64,000 nucleotides of DNA, from NCBI GenBank assembly GCA_040901675.1, contig JBBDYJ010000039.1:17829-81828 (forward strand), read 5' to 3'. This DNA comes from Pirellulales bacterium (GTDB lineage: Bacteria > Planctomycetota > Planctomycetia > Pirellulales > JAICIG01). Positions within the stretch are counted from its first letter, which is position 1, and each line of letters opens with the position of its first letter. Below the pieces are notes generated by a model, which saw only the letters and a program-made list of their open reading frames with translations, was not told the origin of the DNA and made no database searches. Of the stretch, positions 1-10,459 are shown piece after piece. The position numbers and the translations under genes are program-made.

Positions 1-1744
1 CCCGCCTTATCCCAGAAGACCGTACCGTCGTGCTGCGTGAAGGCCCAGCCGTTGATTTTGGCCCCCGGCTTCAGATCGACCTTGGCCGCTTCGACCTCCA
101 GCCGCACCCACTGGCCGGCCTCGGGCAGCGGCCCCATGGCCAGGCGGCTGGGCGTGCCGGTGGTGCCGAAGCCGATCACGTCCTCACCCCAGAATGCCCG
201 GTGTTCCCAGCTTCCGTCGTTGAACTGCAGCATGATGGCCTTGGGCGGATCGCTGGGGTCGAGGAAGACATGCGCCACCAGCTTGTCGCCTTCGCCCACG
301 ACCAGCGGCTCGGCTTCCAGGAAGACGCGCTGGTGCCGCCCCTGGCCGCTGGCCAAGAGCGATTTCTTGCCGCTGTAGACCGGACGATCGAGCTGCGACA
401 CGAACTTCCACTCCGCTTCGGCCGACGGCTTGGCCCCGGCCGGCAATTCATCGTCGATCCAGACAAACTCGTGCGGTCCCGCCGGGGCGGTCGAGGCTCC
501 GGGCGGCTCGCTGTAGTCGATCTTGGCCAGCTCGGCGGCGATCTGCTCTTGCAAGGCGGCCACCTGGGCCTCGAGCGACTTCTGCTGGGCCTCCTGCTCG
601 GCCGTGGGCAGCTTGATGATCGGCGGCGGCGCAATGGCGTTGCCGTCCATGGCGGCCTCGGCGACGCCATTGAAGAACGCGAACAACTGGTAGAATTCTT
701 TCTGGGTGATCGGGTCGAACTTGTGGTCGTGGCAGACCGCGCAGCCGGTGGTCAACCCCATCCAGACGGTGGAGGTCGTCTCCACGCGGTCGACGGCATA
801 GCGGACGAGCACTTCGTCGTCGATCGAGCCCCCCTCGCTGGTCGATACGTTGCAGCGATTGAATCCCGTGGCCACCCGCTGGTCGAGCGTCGGTTCGGGC
901 AGAAGGTCGCCGGCCAGTTGCTCGATCGTGAACTGGTCGAAGGGCTGGTTGCGGTTGAAGGCCTCGATGACCCAGTCGCGGTAGGGCCAGAGCGACCGCT
1001 CGTTGTCGAAGTGCAGGCCGTGCGTGTCGCCGTAGCGGGCCGCGTCGAGCCAGTAGCGTGCCAGGTGCTCGCCGTACCTGGGGAAGCCAGCAGGCGATCG
1101 ACGAGGCGCTCGTAGGCGCCTTGGGAGTCGTCGGCCAGGAAGGCGTCGATTTCGGCCGGCGTGGTGGGCAGGCCGGTGAGGTCGAGGGTGACGCGGCGGA
1201 TCAGCGTTTCCTTGTCCGCCTCCGGGGAGGGTTCGAGTCCTTCCTTTTCGAGGCGGGCCAGGATGAAGCGGTCGATTTCGTTGCGGACGAGCTGCTCGTG
1301 GGCGACGGCCGGCGGCACGGGGCGCTCGGGCGGAATAAACGCCCAGTGGGCCCGATACTCGCCCCCTTCGTCGATCCACCGCTTCAGGAGCTCGATTTCC
1401 TCCGGCTTGAGCGTCTTGCCCGTGGCGGGCGGGGGCATCCGCATGCTCTTGTCTTCGGCGGTGATCCGCTCGACCAACCCGCTGATCTCGCTGTCGCCCG
1501 GCACGACCGCCTGGGCGCCCGACAGCAGCTCGGCCACGGCCCCTTCGCGGGTATCGAGCCGCAGGTCGGCCTGCCGCTCGGCCTCGTCGAAGCCGTGGCA
1601 CTTGAAGCAGTTGTTGGAGAGTATCGGCCGTATGTCGCGGTTGTAATCGACGGTCGGCTCGGCCAGCGCGGACCAGGCCGAGCTTGCCAGCAGCGAGACA
1701 GCAAACGAACCGCGGGCCAACCAGGCTAAGGAGGGGCGTGTCAT
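1..1744 (-). CDS. Planctomycete cytochrome c / DUF1549 (PSD1-type) domain protein; runs off the window start; -1 frameshift at the G4 tract 1080-1083 (sequencing error or pseudogene)
   Basis: Signal peptide, '[18 protein letters not shown]' (CxxCH), 'HWAFIPP', '[13 protein letters not shown]'. Adding one C after 'LLASP' restores the family motifs '[21 protein letters not shown]...WPYRDWVI...[12 protein letters not shown]', and that frame stays open to position 1. Confidence 0.85.
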
Positions 1745-1816
1745 CAGGCGGGACCTTCGTACAGGCGGGAGCATCTGATTGTACAGCCTTGAACCGTGCC
1801 TGGGAAGCCCCGGAAG

Positions 1817-3907
1817 TCACGTTCCGATGGCCAAGGCCATTCGCCAAAGTTCTCGCATGCGGGCGTCGTTGGCGGCGGCCCGGGCCGAGCGCCGCTTGGC
1901 GCGCTCCAGGCGCTTGGCCGGCGCAAGCTGGCTGACGCGGTCCTGCTTCAACAGCTTGTCTTCGTCCCGGTACCACTGCAACAACTCGCGCTTGAGCAGG
2001 TTCTCGCCCTCGACCATCCGCTCCTCGAGCGCGGCCAGTTGGGCCAGTCCGGCCTGCAGCTCATCACCGTCAGCGGCCCCCAACGCGACACCGACGAGCG
2101 AGACCGCGGCCTGGCCCGTGCTGAAATCGACCAGGTACCGCGCCTTCAGCGTTCCGAGCACGTGCTCCTGAACGAGCCAGGGCAAGCCTCGGCGGAACAG
2201 GCACATCAGCCCGTCCGGGCGGCCCCGCTTGTACTGGGCGTAGAACACGACACGGCCTTCTTCGTTCCAGATGCGCAGTGGACCGTCGCGGCGAGCCTCC
2301 TCGTAGAACGCCACGATCATCGGCTGCTTGTTCAAGTAGCTGGTCACCGACGGCCCGTGAAGCAGGCCCTTCTGATAGCCGAACAAGCCGCCCGTCTCGC
2401 CGTTGGGGTAAAGTTGCATGAAAGGCCCGAACTCCTGCTCGGCGCCCGAACCGCTCTTCAGCCGCTGCACTTCCGCCGGGTTGATATTCACCATCTGATC
2501 CGTAAGCGCGGAACCGGAATCGAGCGCGACCTGGCCGAACGAGCCGGCCCTGGGCAACGCCGACAACCTCACGCGCACCGCCGAGCGGCGAGCCATCAGC
2601 TCAACGATTGCCGCCGACGAGATGGCGAGCGTCTGCGGTAACCCGTCCTCGGCTCCCCAGGCCGCCATGGCCACCACCTCACCGCGAGCGTTGACGATCG
2701 GGGCGCCGCTATCACCCAATCCGATGGGGACTGTCGCACCGACCCAGCCCGCCGAGGTGTCGAGCCCGTGGAGGCGGTAGCGGACGCGCCGGGCCGCGGC
2801 CTGGAGCTGCTGGCGCAGCTCGTCGCCCCCGAGCAGCGCAGCGATGGTTCCCTGGCTGGCGCGGACGGGAAACCGATCGGTTGATAGGACCAGGACGGGC
2901 TCTCCCACTCGAGCCGCGGCCAGAGCGAGCGGCGGCGGGCCGGGCTGCGGCGAATCCATGCTGAGCAAGGCGAGGTTCTTCCGGCCTTCCAAGGCGACAT
3001 AGCCCGACACAGCCGCGGTCCGGCGATTGGGAAAAACGGCAGTGGCCGAGACGGCTTCTTCAATCAAGTGGAACGTGGTGGCGACCGTGCCTTGTTCGTC
3101 GACGAGAAAGCCGAGTCCTTTTTCGCGTCCGGCTGCCGTTACGACGTGCAGCACGACTACCGACGCGCCTGCCTGCCGCAGCAGTTTCTCAGTGTCCAGG
3201 CCACTCGGCTCGGGCGGTATCTCGACGGGCGACGGCGTGGATTGCGGCGGCAGCCAGGTCTGCGGCGGCGCCGACATGGGCAGCGGAGGCGCGACGGACC
3301 CGCCGCCCAAGGTCAGCTCGCCGGCAACGGGGGCGCCAGCGCGGTCCGGCACGTTAGCCAACCGCGGTGAGGAATCGATCAAGGCCCACAGGCCGACGAC
3401 GAGCGCCAGCATCAGGCAAGCCGCAACCAGCACGAGCCGTCGCATGGCCTTCGGGGTGATGCGAACCACGGTGGCGCCGTCGCGAGGCGGTGGAGCACGG
3501 CGCGCGGGGCTCGGCGGTCCAGCGGGCGCGAGCTGCGGGCCCGGCGGGGGCGGCTCGGAGAGAACGAGGTCGGCCAGATGGTTGTTCTTGGGGTTGTCCA
3601 CTGCTCGCCGCCTGCTCGGCAGCGCGCCACTTTGGCGCAAGAGCGCATTGTCGTAAGCTTCCTTGGCGGCGGGATCGAGCAGGCACGACTTTGCCGCCTC
3701 GATTTCCAGCACCGTGCGGCGGGCCAGCCGCGCGTGCTGGCCGGCAAGGTGCGCTTCGAGCTTGAGAAGTTGGTCCTTGGCCGCCTGCTCGATCGCCTGG
3801 CGGTCGTCCTCGAACAGGCTCAGCCCCAGCAGGTGATACTGGCTCAGCGGGCGGGAGGGCTCTTCGATCCCCAGCCAATCGGCGTAGGGGTCCATGTCCT
3901 GCTGCAT
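1817..3907 (-). CDS. Membrane-anchored trypsin-like (S1C) peptidase-domain protein with an N-terminal planctomycete J-like domain and C-terminal MORN/YwqK-like repeats
   Basis: ATG at 3907 after AAGGAG. 'DPYADWLGI...YHLLGL' N-terminal domain; TM '[20 protein letters not shown]'; 'TTFHLIE', 'NLALL' and 'GDSGAPIVN' protease motifs; 'LHGPSVTSY...[12 protein letters not shown]...PDG' repeats. Confidence 0.7.
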   Translation of the reverse strand: MQQDMDPYADWLGIEEPSRPLSQYHLLGLSLFEDDRQAIEQAAKDQLLKLEAHLAGQHARLARRTVLEIEAAKSCLLDPAAKEAYDNALLRQSGALPSRRRAVDNPKNNHLADLVLSEPPPPGPQLAPAGPPSPARRAPPPRDGATVVRITPKAMRRLVLVAACLMLALVVGLWALIDSSPRLANVPDRAGAPVAGELTLGGGSVAPPLPMSAPPQTWLPPQSTPSPVEIPPEPSGLDTEKLLRQAGASVVVLHVVTAAGREKGLGFLVDEQGTVATTFHLIEEAVSATAVFPNRRTAAVSGYVALEGRKNLALLSMDSPQPGPPPLALAAARVGEPVLVLSTDRFPVRASQGTIAALLGGDELRQQLQAAARRVRYRLHGLDTSAGWVGATVPIGLGDSGAPIVNARGEVVAMAAWGAEDGLPQTLAISSAAIVELMARRSAVRVRLSALPRAGSFGQVALDSGSALTDQMVNINPAEVQRLKSGSGAEQEFGPFMQLYPNGETGGLFGYQKGLLHGPSVTSYLNKQPMIVAFYEEARRDGPLRIWNEEGRVVFYAQYKRGRPDGLMCLFRRGLPWLVQEHVLGTLKARYLVDFSTGQAAVSLVGVALGAADGDELQAGLAQLAALEERMVEGENLLKRELLQWYRDEDKLLKQDRVSQLAPAKRLERAKRRSARAAANDARMRELWRMALAIGT

Positions 3908-3969
3908 CGCGCGCTCCTTTGCATCACGGCGGTCACAAGTTTGGCGGGCCGCACTGGCCGGCTGCTCGC

Positions 3970-4884
3970 CTATTGGACCACTCCCCCGCTGCCTCCGCGG
4001 TCGAACACGCCCAATCCTCCTTCCGCGATCGGCATCAAGCGGTACTCGAATCCCAGGCCGATCAATTCGTTCTTCAGGTGCACGAACGAATCGAATGAAT
4101 CCTCCCAAATCACAACGGCGATGTAATGCCGGCCGCTGTGGAACAGGGACAGCCGATTGCGCATCGCGGCCTTGGACGGCTCACCGCCGTCGATCGGGAC
4201 CCCCGCATACGGCTTGGGCATCGTCTCGGAATAATTCGGATTCTCAGCGACAACGACGAATTCGTCGGTGTTCAAACCGGTTCGTGTCCCGGCCGCATCG
4301 TAGGTGTGCCAGACGTACAGCCGCCCAAAGCGCACGACCAGTCCCACTTCCAGGCGGGCCGTGGGACGCAAGCGAGGGAGTCGGGCGGCCTGCGAGCGGG
4401 AGGCGATTTCCGAATCGAGCGCTTCCTGCGCGTGAATGGCTTGCTCCTGGGCGCCGGCCAGGGATGCATCGAGCTCGTCGAGCTGGCCGGCGGTCTCCTC
4501 CAGCCGGGTTTCAATCGAGGCGATGGAACCCAGCAGCGTCGAGCGCTCGGCGGCCAACCGGTCGCGAGAGGCTTCCAACACCTTCACATCGGCGATGAGA
4601 CCGACGTTTTCCGGCCGGGCAAACTGCAGGTGCAACCGGCTCTGCTGGGCCGCGGCGGCCTGGAGGCTTTCCAACTGGGCTTGGGCCTGGGTGACGTCTT
4701 TTTGGAGGACGGCCAGCTCGACGGCCGAGAGGTTTTCGGCCTGGGTGCTTGGCAGGGCCTTCCCGCTCAGGTGCAACAGCACGGCGACCAGGATGGCCAT
4801 GAACAGCACGCCGCCGAACGTGTTGCAGATGGTGTCCAGCAACAACTCCAGGCTGCTCGGTGGTGCCTTGCGGCGGCGGGTCAT
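3970..4884 (-). CDS. MotB/ExbD-like single-TM protein with long coiled coil (plug subunit 2)
   Basis: Basic N-terminus, then 'SLELLLDTICNTFGGVLFMAILVAVLL' with an intramembrane Asp; heptad-rich central region; ATGA overlap with the upstream gene. Confidence 0.65.
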   Translation of the reverse strand: MTRRRKAPPSSLELLLDTICNTFGGVLFMAILVAVLLHLSGKALPSTQAENLSAVELAVLQKDVTQAQAQLESLQAAAAQQSRLHLQFARPENVGLIADVKVLEASRDRLAAERSTLLGSIASIETRLEETAGQLDELDASLAGAQEQAIHAQEALDSEIASRSQAARLPRLRPTARLEVGLVVRFGRLYVWHTYDAAGTRTGLNTDEFVVVAENPNYSETMPKPYAGVPIDGGEPSKAAMRNRLSLFHSGRHYIAVVIWEDSFDSFVHLKNELIGLGFEYRLMPIAEGGLGVFDRGGSGGVVQ

Positions 4885-5708
4885 TTGATTCCGGCTCCAT
4901 CGACGGGATCGATCACGGTTTGACCGGCGCCGATGACGTCGAAGCCGATGTCGAAGCCCAGCGGCTCCAGCGAAGACTGCAATTCCGCGAACAACTCGAT
5001 TGTGCCCGGCCTGATAAGAAACACGAAGTACTCCGAGCTGCTGGAGCGATCCGCCACCCAGGCCATGAAGCCGCGCCGCCGCATCGTGGACAGGGAGCTA
5101 TCAAACACCATGGGCGCTTCGGCGCGGCCGAGGCGCGCCGTGACGATCCGGTCCGGCTGGAGATCGACCAGCCAGGCCCGCTTGGCGTCACCGGGGCTGG
5201 GGTTGTAGATCAGCTTGTTCTGCCGCTTGAGCTTTTCGACCCGCTCCAGATCGTCCTGCGCCTGGGCGCGAACGGCGGCCAGCTTGCGGCGGTCGCCGTC
5301 GCGAGCGGCACTGCTCTCATTCATCGCAGTCTGGCGGGTGTGGGCCTGGGCCTGCCGCGTTTTCAATTCGGCGATCTCGCGCCCCAAGCGATCGATCTGC
5401 TCTTGCGTCGCCTTGCCGCGCTGGCGCAACTGGCTGGGCGTCGCCGCGGCCAGCTCCTCGATCTCCGCCTCGTTACGGGCGAGTTGAGCCTGAAGTCTGG
5501 CCGCTTCGGCCCGGGCACTCTCCAGCACTTGCCGCAGGCGTTGGGCCGTCGCGGCCGACTCCGCCGATGGCCCGGGCGAAGCATGCCGCTGGGCCAGCTC
5601 GACGGCCAGCAGCAGGGTCAAAAGGATGATGATCGCCGTAACCGACGTGATGATGTCCTGGAATGCGAACAGCGAGAACGCGGCGGCATGGCGTCGGCGG
5701 CGCGACAT
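4881..5708 (-). CDS. MotB/ExbD-like single-TM protein with long coiled coil (plug subunit 1)
   Basis: 'MSRRRR...FSLFAFQDIITSVTAIIILLTLLL' with Asp at the TM start; coiled coil; directly follows the MotA/ExbB-family gene. Confidence 0.65.
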   Translation of the reverse strand: MSRRRRHAAAFSLFAFQDIITSVTAIIILLTLLLAVELAQRHASPGPSAESAATAQRLRQVLESARAEAARLQAQLARNEAEIEELAAATPSQLRQRGKATQEQIDRLGREIAELKTRQAQAHTRQTAMNESSAARDGDRRKLAAVRAQAQDDLERVEKLKRQNKLIYNPSPGDAKRAWLVDLQPDRIVTARLGRAEAPMVFDSSLSTMRRRGFMAWVADRSSSSEYFVFLIRPGTIELFAELQSSLEPLGFDIGFDVIGAGQTVIDPVDGAGIK

Positions 5709-5710
5709 GA

Positions 5711-6562
5711 TCAATCCGCCTGTTTTTCAAACGGCATGATGCGCAGGCGGTTGACCACCTGCCGCAGGCAATACTCGCTGCACGCGTCGAGGAATTCCTC
5801 TTCTCCCTTCTTGAGGAACGTCAGCCGCAATTGAATGAACAACGCCGCCACCAGCGCCACCAGGGTGGTCTCGAAGGCGGTGTTCAGACCGGCCGTGACG
5901 CCCTGCAGGCTGGAGGCAATCTGGGAAACGTCCGAGGCGGCGGCCAGCACGTTGCCGAAGGCGCCGATGGCGGCCGACAACCCCAGCACCGTGCCGATAA
6001 AGCCCAGGACGGGAATGGCCCAGATGAACCCCTGCAAGGTGGAATAGCTGGTTTCCATCGACGACTCTTCCAGCTCCGCCTGCGAGCGGAGGATGTCGTC
6101 GACGTCCGAAACGCGCCCCAGGTTGCGCAAGTTCGACAGCGCGATCACGATCCGGTTGAAGAGCAAAAAATGCTTGGGATCGTCGACCGTCAGATAGATG
6201 CGCTGCAAACAGTCGTCGACCGTGGCCGACGACAGGACGAAGTCCGCGTCGGCGGGCACGACGTCAAAATCGAGTGCCCGCCGCTGGAGGGCCAGTTTCC
6301 GGCTTTTCAGCCAAAGGATGACCAGCGCCCAGGCCGACAGCCCGCAGATGAAGTAGGGCGTCGGCCCGCGCTCGAAAAACATGGCGGCGAAATGCGTGTG
6401 CCTGAGCGGGAGCAAGGCGGCGTAAAAGGCGACGGTGAGCAGGCAGGCGATCAGGAACGAAAGCCACGTATTCACGCGCGTATAGCGCGCGCCTCGGAAT
6501 CCCAGCCGCTGCTCGATGTCGCTCTTGCTCCACGACAAGGGTACTTCGACCGCCAACGCCAT
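5711..6562 (-). CDS. MotA/TolQ/ExbB proton channel family protein
   Basis: 'WAIPVLGFIGTVLGLSAAIGAF...GLNTAFETTLVALVAAL' signature plus two N-terminal TM helices. Confidence 0.85.
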   Translation of the reverse strand: MALAVEVPLSWSKSDIEQRLGFRGARYTRVNTWLSFLIACLLTVAFYAALLPLRHTHFAAMFFERGPTPYFICGLSAWALVILWLKSRKLALQRRALDFDVVPADADFVLSSATVDDCLQRIYLTVDDPKHFLLFNRIVIALSNLRNLGRVSDVDDILRSQAELEESSMETSYSTLQGFIWAIPVLGFIGTVLGLSAAIGAFGNVLAAASDVSQIASSLQGVTAGLNTAFETTLVALVAALFIQLRLTFLKKGEEEFLDACSEYCLRQVVNRLRIMPFEKQAD

Positions 6563-6634
6563 GCTGATTTCTCCATGTCCGACTGTGTCAGCCGCTTGCT
6601 CCGGCCAGGTTATCGGTCCGATGAGATTACCTCA

Positions 6635-7537
6635 TTAGGCAGGCAGCCTCGAACTAGCGGCAAGTAGAATGACCATCACCACCACCATAAACGCGATGAA
6701 CACGATCATGAGAATGCTCACGTAGATCCAAAACGCTTTTATCGCATCCAGCGATGCCTCAAGCACCGCAGTGCTCCTAGCGGATGCGAGTTGGCCGAGG
6801 CGGCTGGAGTATTTCAACAACAGCAGGGCGCCCACCGTTGCCATGGCGGCTTGAATTAAGCTGAACAAACCTGAAGCCACGGCCTGCGTGCGGTCCAGAT
6901 TGATTTCGAGGGCCAAGGAGAGGACGCCGACGAGGGCCATGAGCGCGGCGTAAACAAACAGCGTGATCGTGATGAACAGCACCCAACCCCGAGAAGCGGT
7001 GGCGGCGCGGCACAGGGCTGCCGGCAGTTGCTCGCCGCTTCGCGACTGCCTGCCCCCGGACTTGCCGGACGGCGGCGAGGAGAAATGCCGGGCCAGTGCG
7101 GGAACCCAACCAGCCGCGGTCCACTCGGTCATGCCTTCGTTCCAGACCAAGTCGGTCTCGCTTAACCGCCCGCCCGAAATCAGCATTTCCAGGTAGGAAA
7201 GCTCCACCGGCCCCTGTTGGGTGCCCGAGTTGCTGTAGTACCACAACGTGCCGGCAGGCGCGGCGGACGGCGGCACAACCTGGAGACTGGTGGCGGGTTT
7301 TGGATCCCGGTGACCAGGATCGATCGCCGGCGATGGAGGGTTGGCGGTCTCGGCCGTGGCCGCCGCCAGCGCGGTGAACAGTTCCGGATACGTGGAGGCA
7401 CGGACCCAGCTTGCACCATCGCTCGACACCTCGTGGAGCCGGCTGAACTGTCCGCGGCGGGCCAGCGACTGCAGCTTTTCATGATCGTAGGGCCCCAGCA
7501 CCCGCCCGCGGACCCGTATAAAGAGCTGTACTTCCAC
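6635..7537 (-). CDS. Double GYF_2 (DUF4339)-like domain membrane protein with three C-terminal TM helices
   Basis: 'FIRVRGRVLGPYDHEKLQSLARRGQF...VSSDGASW' and 'WYYSNSGTQQGPVELSYLEMLISGGRLSETDLVWNEGMTEW'; GTG start at 7537. Confidence 0.75.
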   Translation of the reverse strand: MEVQLFIRVRGRVLGPYDHEKLQSLARRGQFSRLHEVSSDGASWVRASTYPELFTALAAATAETANPPSPAIDPGHRDPKPATSLQVVPPSAAPAGTLWYYSNSGTQQGPVELSYLEMLISGGRLSETDLVWNEGMTEWTAAGWVPALARHFSSPPSGKSGGRQSRSGEQLPAALCRAATASRGWVLFITITLFVYAALMALVGVLSLALEINLDRTQAVASGLFSLIQAAMATVGALLLLKYSSRLGQLASARSTAVLEASLDAIKAFWIYVSILMIVFIAFMVVVMVILLAASSRLPA

Positions 7538-7555
7538 TTGCGCACCGCCTTCGTT

Positions 7556-10459
7556 TCAAGAACCTGATGCCAGCCGCTCGGGCTCCGCCAGATAGACTGG
7601 CCGCCCCTCCAGCAACAGCTCGGGCCGCGACACGTCGAGCTCGATCGACGAGCCGCGACTCGTCCCCACGCGGATCAACTGAACCGCGCCACCGGCGGGA
7701 CGGAGAACGACAAACAGTTCGCCCTCGCCCGGCTGTTCACTGTGGTGGAGTCGCCAGCGTCGCGCCTCGCCGCTATCGCGGCCCAGCCAGCCGACCCAGG
7801 CATAGTGCGGGTAGCGGGCTGCTCGAATTGATTTGAGATGCGCGCCGATCCGCTCCTGCAATGCGGCGGAGTCCGGCATCTTGGCCAGCACGGCGGCGGC
7901 CTTTGTTCGCTCTCGGCCCGCTTCCTGTTTGGGGTCGTCGATCCAGTTGACGAAGCGGTCGACTTGCGCGGCTTGGATCGACGCGCGGAACTCCGCCAAG
8001 GCTTCAGCGAGGCAGGTGCTCCCGCGCGAGGCCACTTCGCAGATGCGCTCGATCAGAGTCAGCTTGAGCAGCGGATCGGTATCCGCGTCGTTGGCCAGCC
8101 GCACGATGACGTTGTAGAAGACACCTTCCCAGCTCGTCTTGTCGATGCGGGCCAACTCCTTCAGCACTTGCTCAGCCAGGATCGACTGCGGTGCGGGGCC
8201 GCGGCTCGCCACGTTGTCCAGGTTGAGACGCACGTCGTCGGTCGTGAGGTCGAAACCCTTGAAGTATTTGAACCGGATCGCCGCACCCGCCTCCGTGGGT
8301 TCCTCAGGAGCGTAGAACCGCCGGCCAGCGGCGTTCTCTACCATCCAGACGTTCTCGACCAGCTTGTCGTGAAATAACCGGTCGAGCTCGCCGGCGATTG
8401 TCTTTCCGTCAGCGCCGCGCCGGGCTACGACCGACGCCAGGTACGCGAGCCCCTGCTCGAGCTTGGCGACTTGCGGGAAATCGCCGTGCGACTCCATGAC
8501 GGCCCGCGTGGCGGCGATCAACTCCCGCGCTCGTTCAATGGGCAAAGCCGTGACATCGACGGAGGCCCAGCGCTCGCTCACGTGGTTCCAGGCTTCGAGC
8601 GATTTCCAGAGCCCCGCCTCTTCCAGCACCCGCTGGAAGTCGCCGGCCCGCGCTGTGTCGCCGAAAGCGTCGATGTATTGCTTGATCGCCGCCTCGAACC
8701 TGGCGGGGTCGCCTACCGCTTGCGTGATCTTGGCCGACTCGCGCTCGTGGCGCATCTCCAGCTCGGCGGCCTTCGCGAGGACGGCCAGCCGGACCTTGAG
8801 CGGCGCGACCTGGGAGCGCACGGCCTCGCTGATCAGGCCGCTGCGGGCTTCGAGCGCGGCGATGTCGGCCCGCAGTTGCCGGATGGCCAGGTCGAAGGCG
8901 CCGGCGGCGGGGCGATTGTCGCCCTCCAGCTCGCGGATGCGACGGGCGAATTCGCGGACCTTCCCCAGGTATTCCGCGTCCCGCTCGGCGCTGCGGCGGC
9001 GGTCGAACGCCGCCAGCTCCAAGTCAAAATCGGCCAGCAAGGCCAACTCGTCCGCCGTCCGCGCCAGCTTCCGCGATTCCTCCAGCAGTTTGCGATCGGC
9101 TAACTCCGGCCCGCCGGCCACCGCACGCGAAAACGTGGTCCGGAACCGCTCGAGCCGGCGCGTCTCGTCCCGCTCGCGAGCGTCCAACTCAAGGATGAGT
9201 TGCTGCACCTCGTCGCTGGCCGCGGTCCGCGGCGCATCGACCGACATTTGATCGACGTACTTGCGAGCGGCCGGCAGCTCTCCTTTCTCCAGCAGCTTCT
9301 GGAGTCCTTCCGAGCGGCGGGCCACGTCGCTCTTGCGCAACTGGTGTACCACACCGGCTCCGACCAGGCCGCCGATCAGAACCAGGCCGGCGATCGAGGC
9401 CGCGAGCACCAGCCTGTACCGCCGCATTGCTGCGAGCTGCAGCCCTTCGACGCGCACCTGGTAACCCCGGGCGAGCTGAGGCGACAACTGGAGAGCGTCG
9501 CGTACGGCCGCATGGTGCAGCCGCTCCAGTTTCTGCAGGCTGGCGCTTTCGCCGTCCAGGGCGGCCTCCAGCGACCGGGCGGCGCTAGCGTGCCGCGACG
9601 CCAGCTCGCGGGCCGCATCTTCCTCGGCCAGCCAATCCATGGCCGGCGCCAATCGTTCAGCCAGCGGGTCGTCCTGCTGGAGGCCGCAGATCGCCTGGTT
9701 GGCTTGCCACTGGTCGCGCAGCGTGCGTGCTTGTTCCAGGTCGAGCGCGGCAAAGGCCGCGTTGAGCTCGGGTTCGAGGCGTTCGAGCGCCGCACGCGCC
9801 TGTTGGCAGGCGACCAGGTGCCGGCTCTCCGAGACCTTGCGGATCACCGCCGGCGGAGGGATTTCCTGCCAGGGACTATCGAGCAGTTCATCTTCGAGCA
9901 CCGCCAACTGGGGCGCATCGGCTTGTTTGGCGGCCGCGGCGGCTTCGGTGAGGATCTGCTTCTGGCGTTCCGACTCGAAGGCCGCCACGTCTTCGCGCCA
10001 GACGGTATTATCGGCATCCAATTGGGCCAGCTCGCGCAGCGTTTCGAGGCGATAGTTGAGCGGGCTGCGGGCCAGGGCCAGCAAGCGGTGCCGGCGCAAC
10101 AGCGCTTCGAGCGGCTGCTGGACGGCGTAGGCCTCGTTGAGCTCGGCGGCCACTTCGAGCAGCAACGGCGGCGGTGGAACGATGCCGTACTGCCGCAGCA
10201 AGTCGTCCATCTGGTCGCGGTCGGGAAAGTCGAGCGTGGCGACCATGTCGAGCAAGTTCGGCTGGATTTCGCACTGCTGAATCGCCTCGGCCCGCAATCC
10301 TTTCTTCAGGAGCGCGCCGCACTGCCGCAGCCGGGCATTGACTTCGTCGCAGGCCAGCATGTAATCGGCCGTCGCCGCGCGGAGGAAGTCCACCGTCTCC
10401 GCGCTGGCGGAGAACAGCCACCCCTGCAGGTCGTCCACGACGCGCTGGTAGTCGATCAT
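7556..10459 (-). CDS. Large all-helical single-TM hypothetical protein (967 aa), part of the GTPase operon
   Basis: Long ORF with genome-typical codon usage; central TM 'LVLAASIAGLVLIGGLVGAGVV'; ATGA overlap with the upstream gene. Confidence 0.75.
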   Translation of the reverse strand: MIDYQRVVDDLQGWLFSASAETVDFLRAATADYMLACDEVNARLRQCGALLKKGLRAEAIQQCEIQPNLLDMVATLDFPDRDQMDDLLRQYGIVPPPPLLLEVAAELNEAYAVQQPLEALLRRHRLLALARSPLNYRLETLRELAQLDADNTVWREDVAAFESERQKQILTEAAAAAKQADAPQLAVLEDELLDSPWQEIPPPAVIRKVSESRHLVACQQARAALERLEPELNAAFAALDLEQARTLRDQWQANQAICGLQQDDPLAERLAPAMDWLAEEDAARELASRHASAARSLEAALDGESASLQKLERLHHAAVRDALQLSPQLARGYQVRVEGLQLAAMRRYRLVLAASIAGLVLIGGLVGAGVVHQLRKSDVARRSEGLQKLLEKGELPAARKYVDQMSVDAPRTAASDEVQQLILELDARERDETRRLERFRTTFSRAVAGGPELADRKLLEESRKLARTADELALLADFDLELAAFDRRRSAERDAEYLGKVREFARRIRELEGDNRPAAGAFDLAIRQLRADIAALEARSGLISEAVRSQVAPLKVRLAVLAKAAELEMRHERESAKITQAVGDPARFEAAIKQYIDAFGDTARAGDFQRVLEEAGLWKSLEAWNHVSERWASVDVTALPIERARELIAATRAVMESHGDFPQVAKLEQGLAYLASVVARRGADGKTIAGELDRLFHDKLVENVWMVENAAGRRFYAPEEPTEAGAAIRFKYFKGFDLTTDDVRLNLDNVASRGPAPQSILAEQVLKELARIDKTSWEGVFYNVIVRLANDADTDPLLKLTLIERICEVASRGSTCLAEALAEFRASIQAAQVDRFVNWIDDPKQEAGRERTKAAAVLAKMPDSAALQERIGAHLKSIRAARYPHYAWVGWLGRDSGEARRWRLHHSEQPGEGELFVVLRPAGGAVQLIRVGTSRGSSIELDVSRPELLLEGRPVYLAEPERLASGS

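Noticed and set aside
3970..6562. Calling the MotA/MotB-like genes Zorya ZorA/ZorB
   Set aside because: The MotA-like protein lacks ZorA's long cytoplasmic tail, partners lack an OmpA domain, and no ZorC/D/E genes are present; only an analogy.
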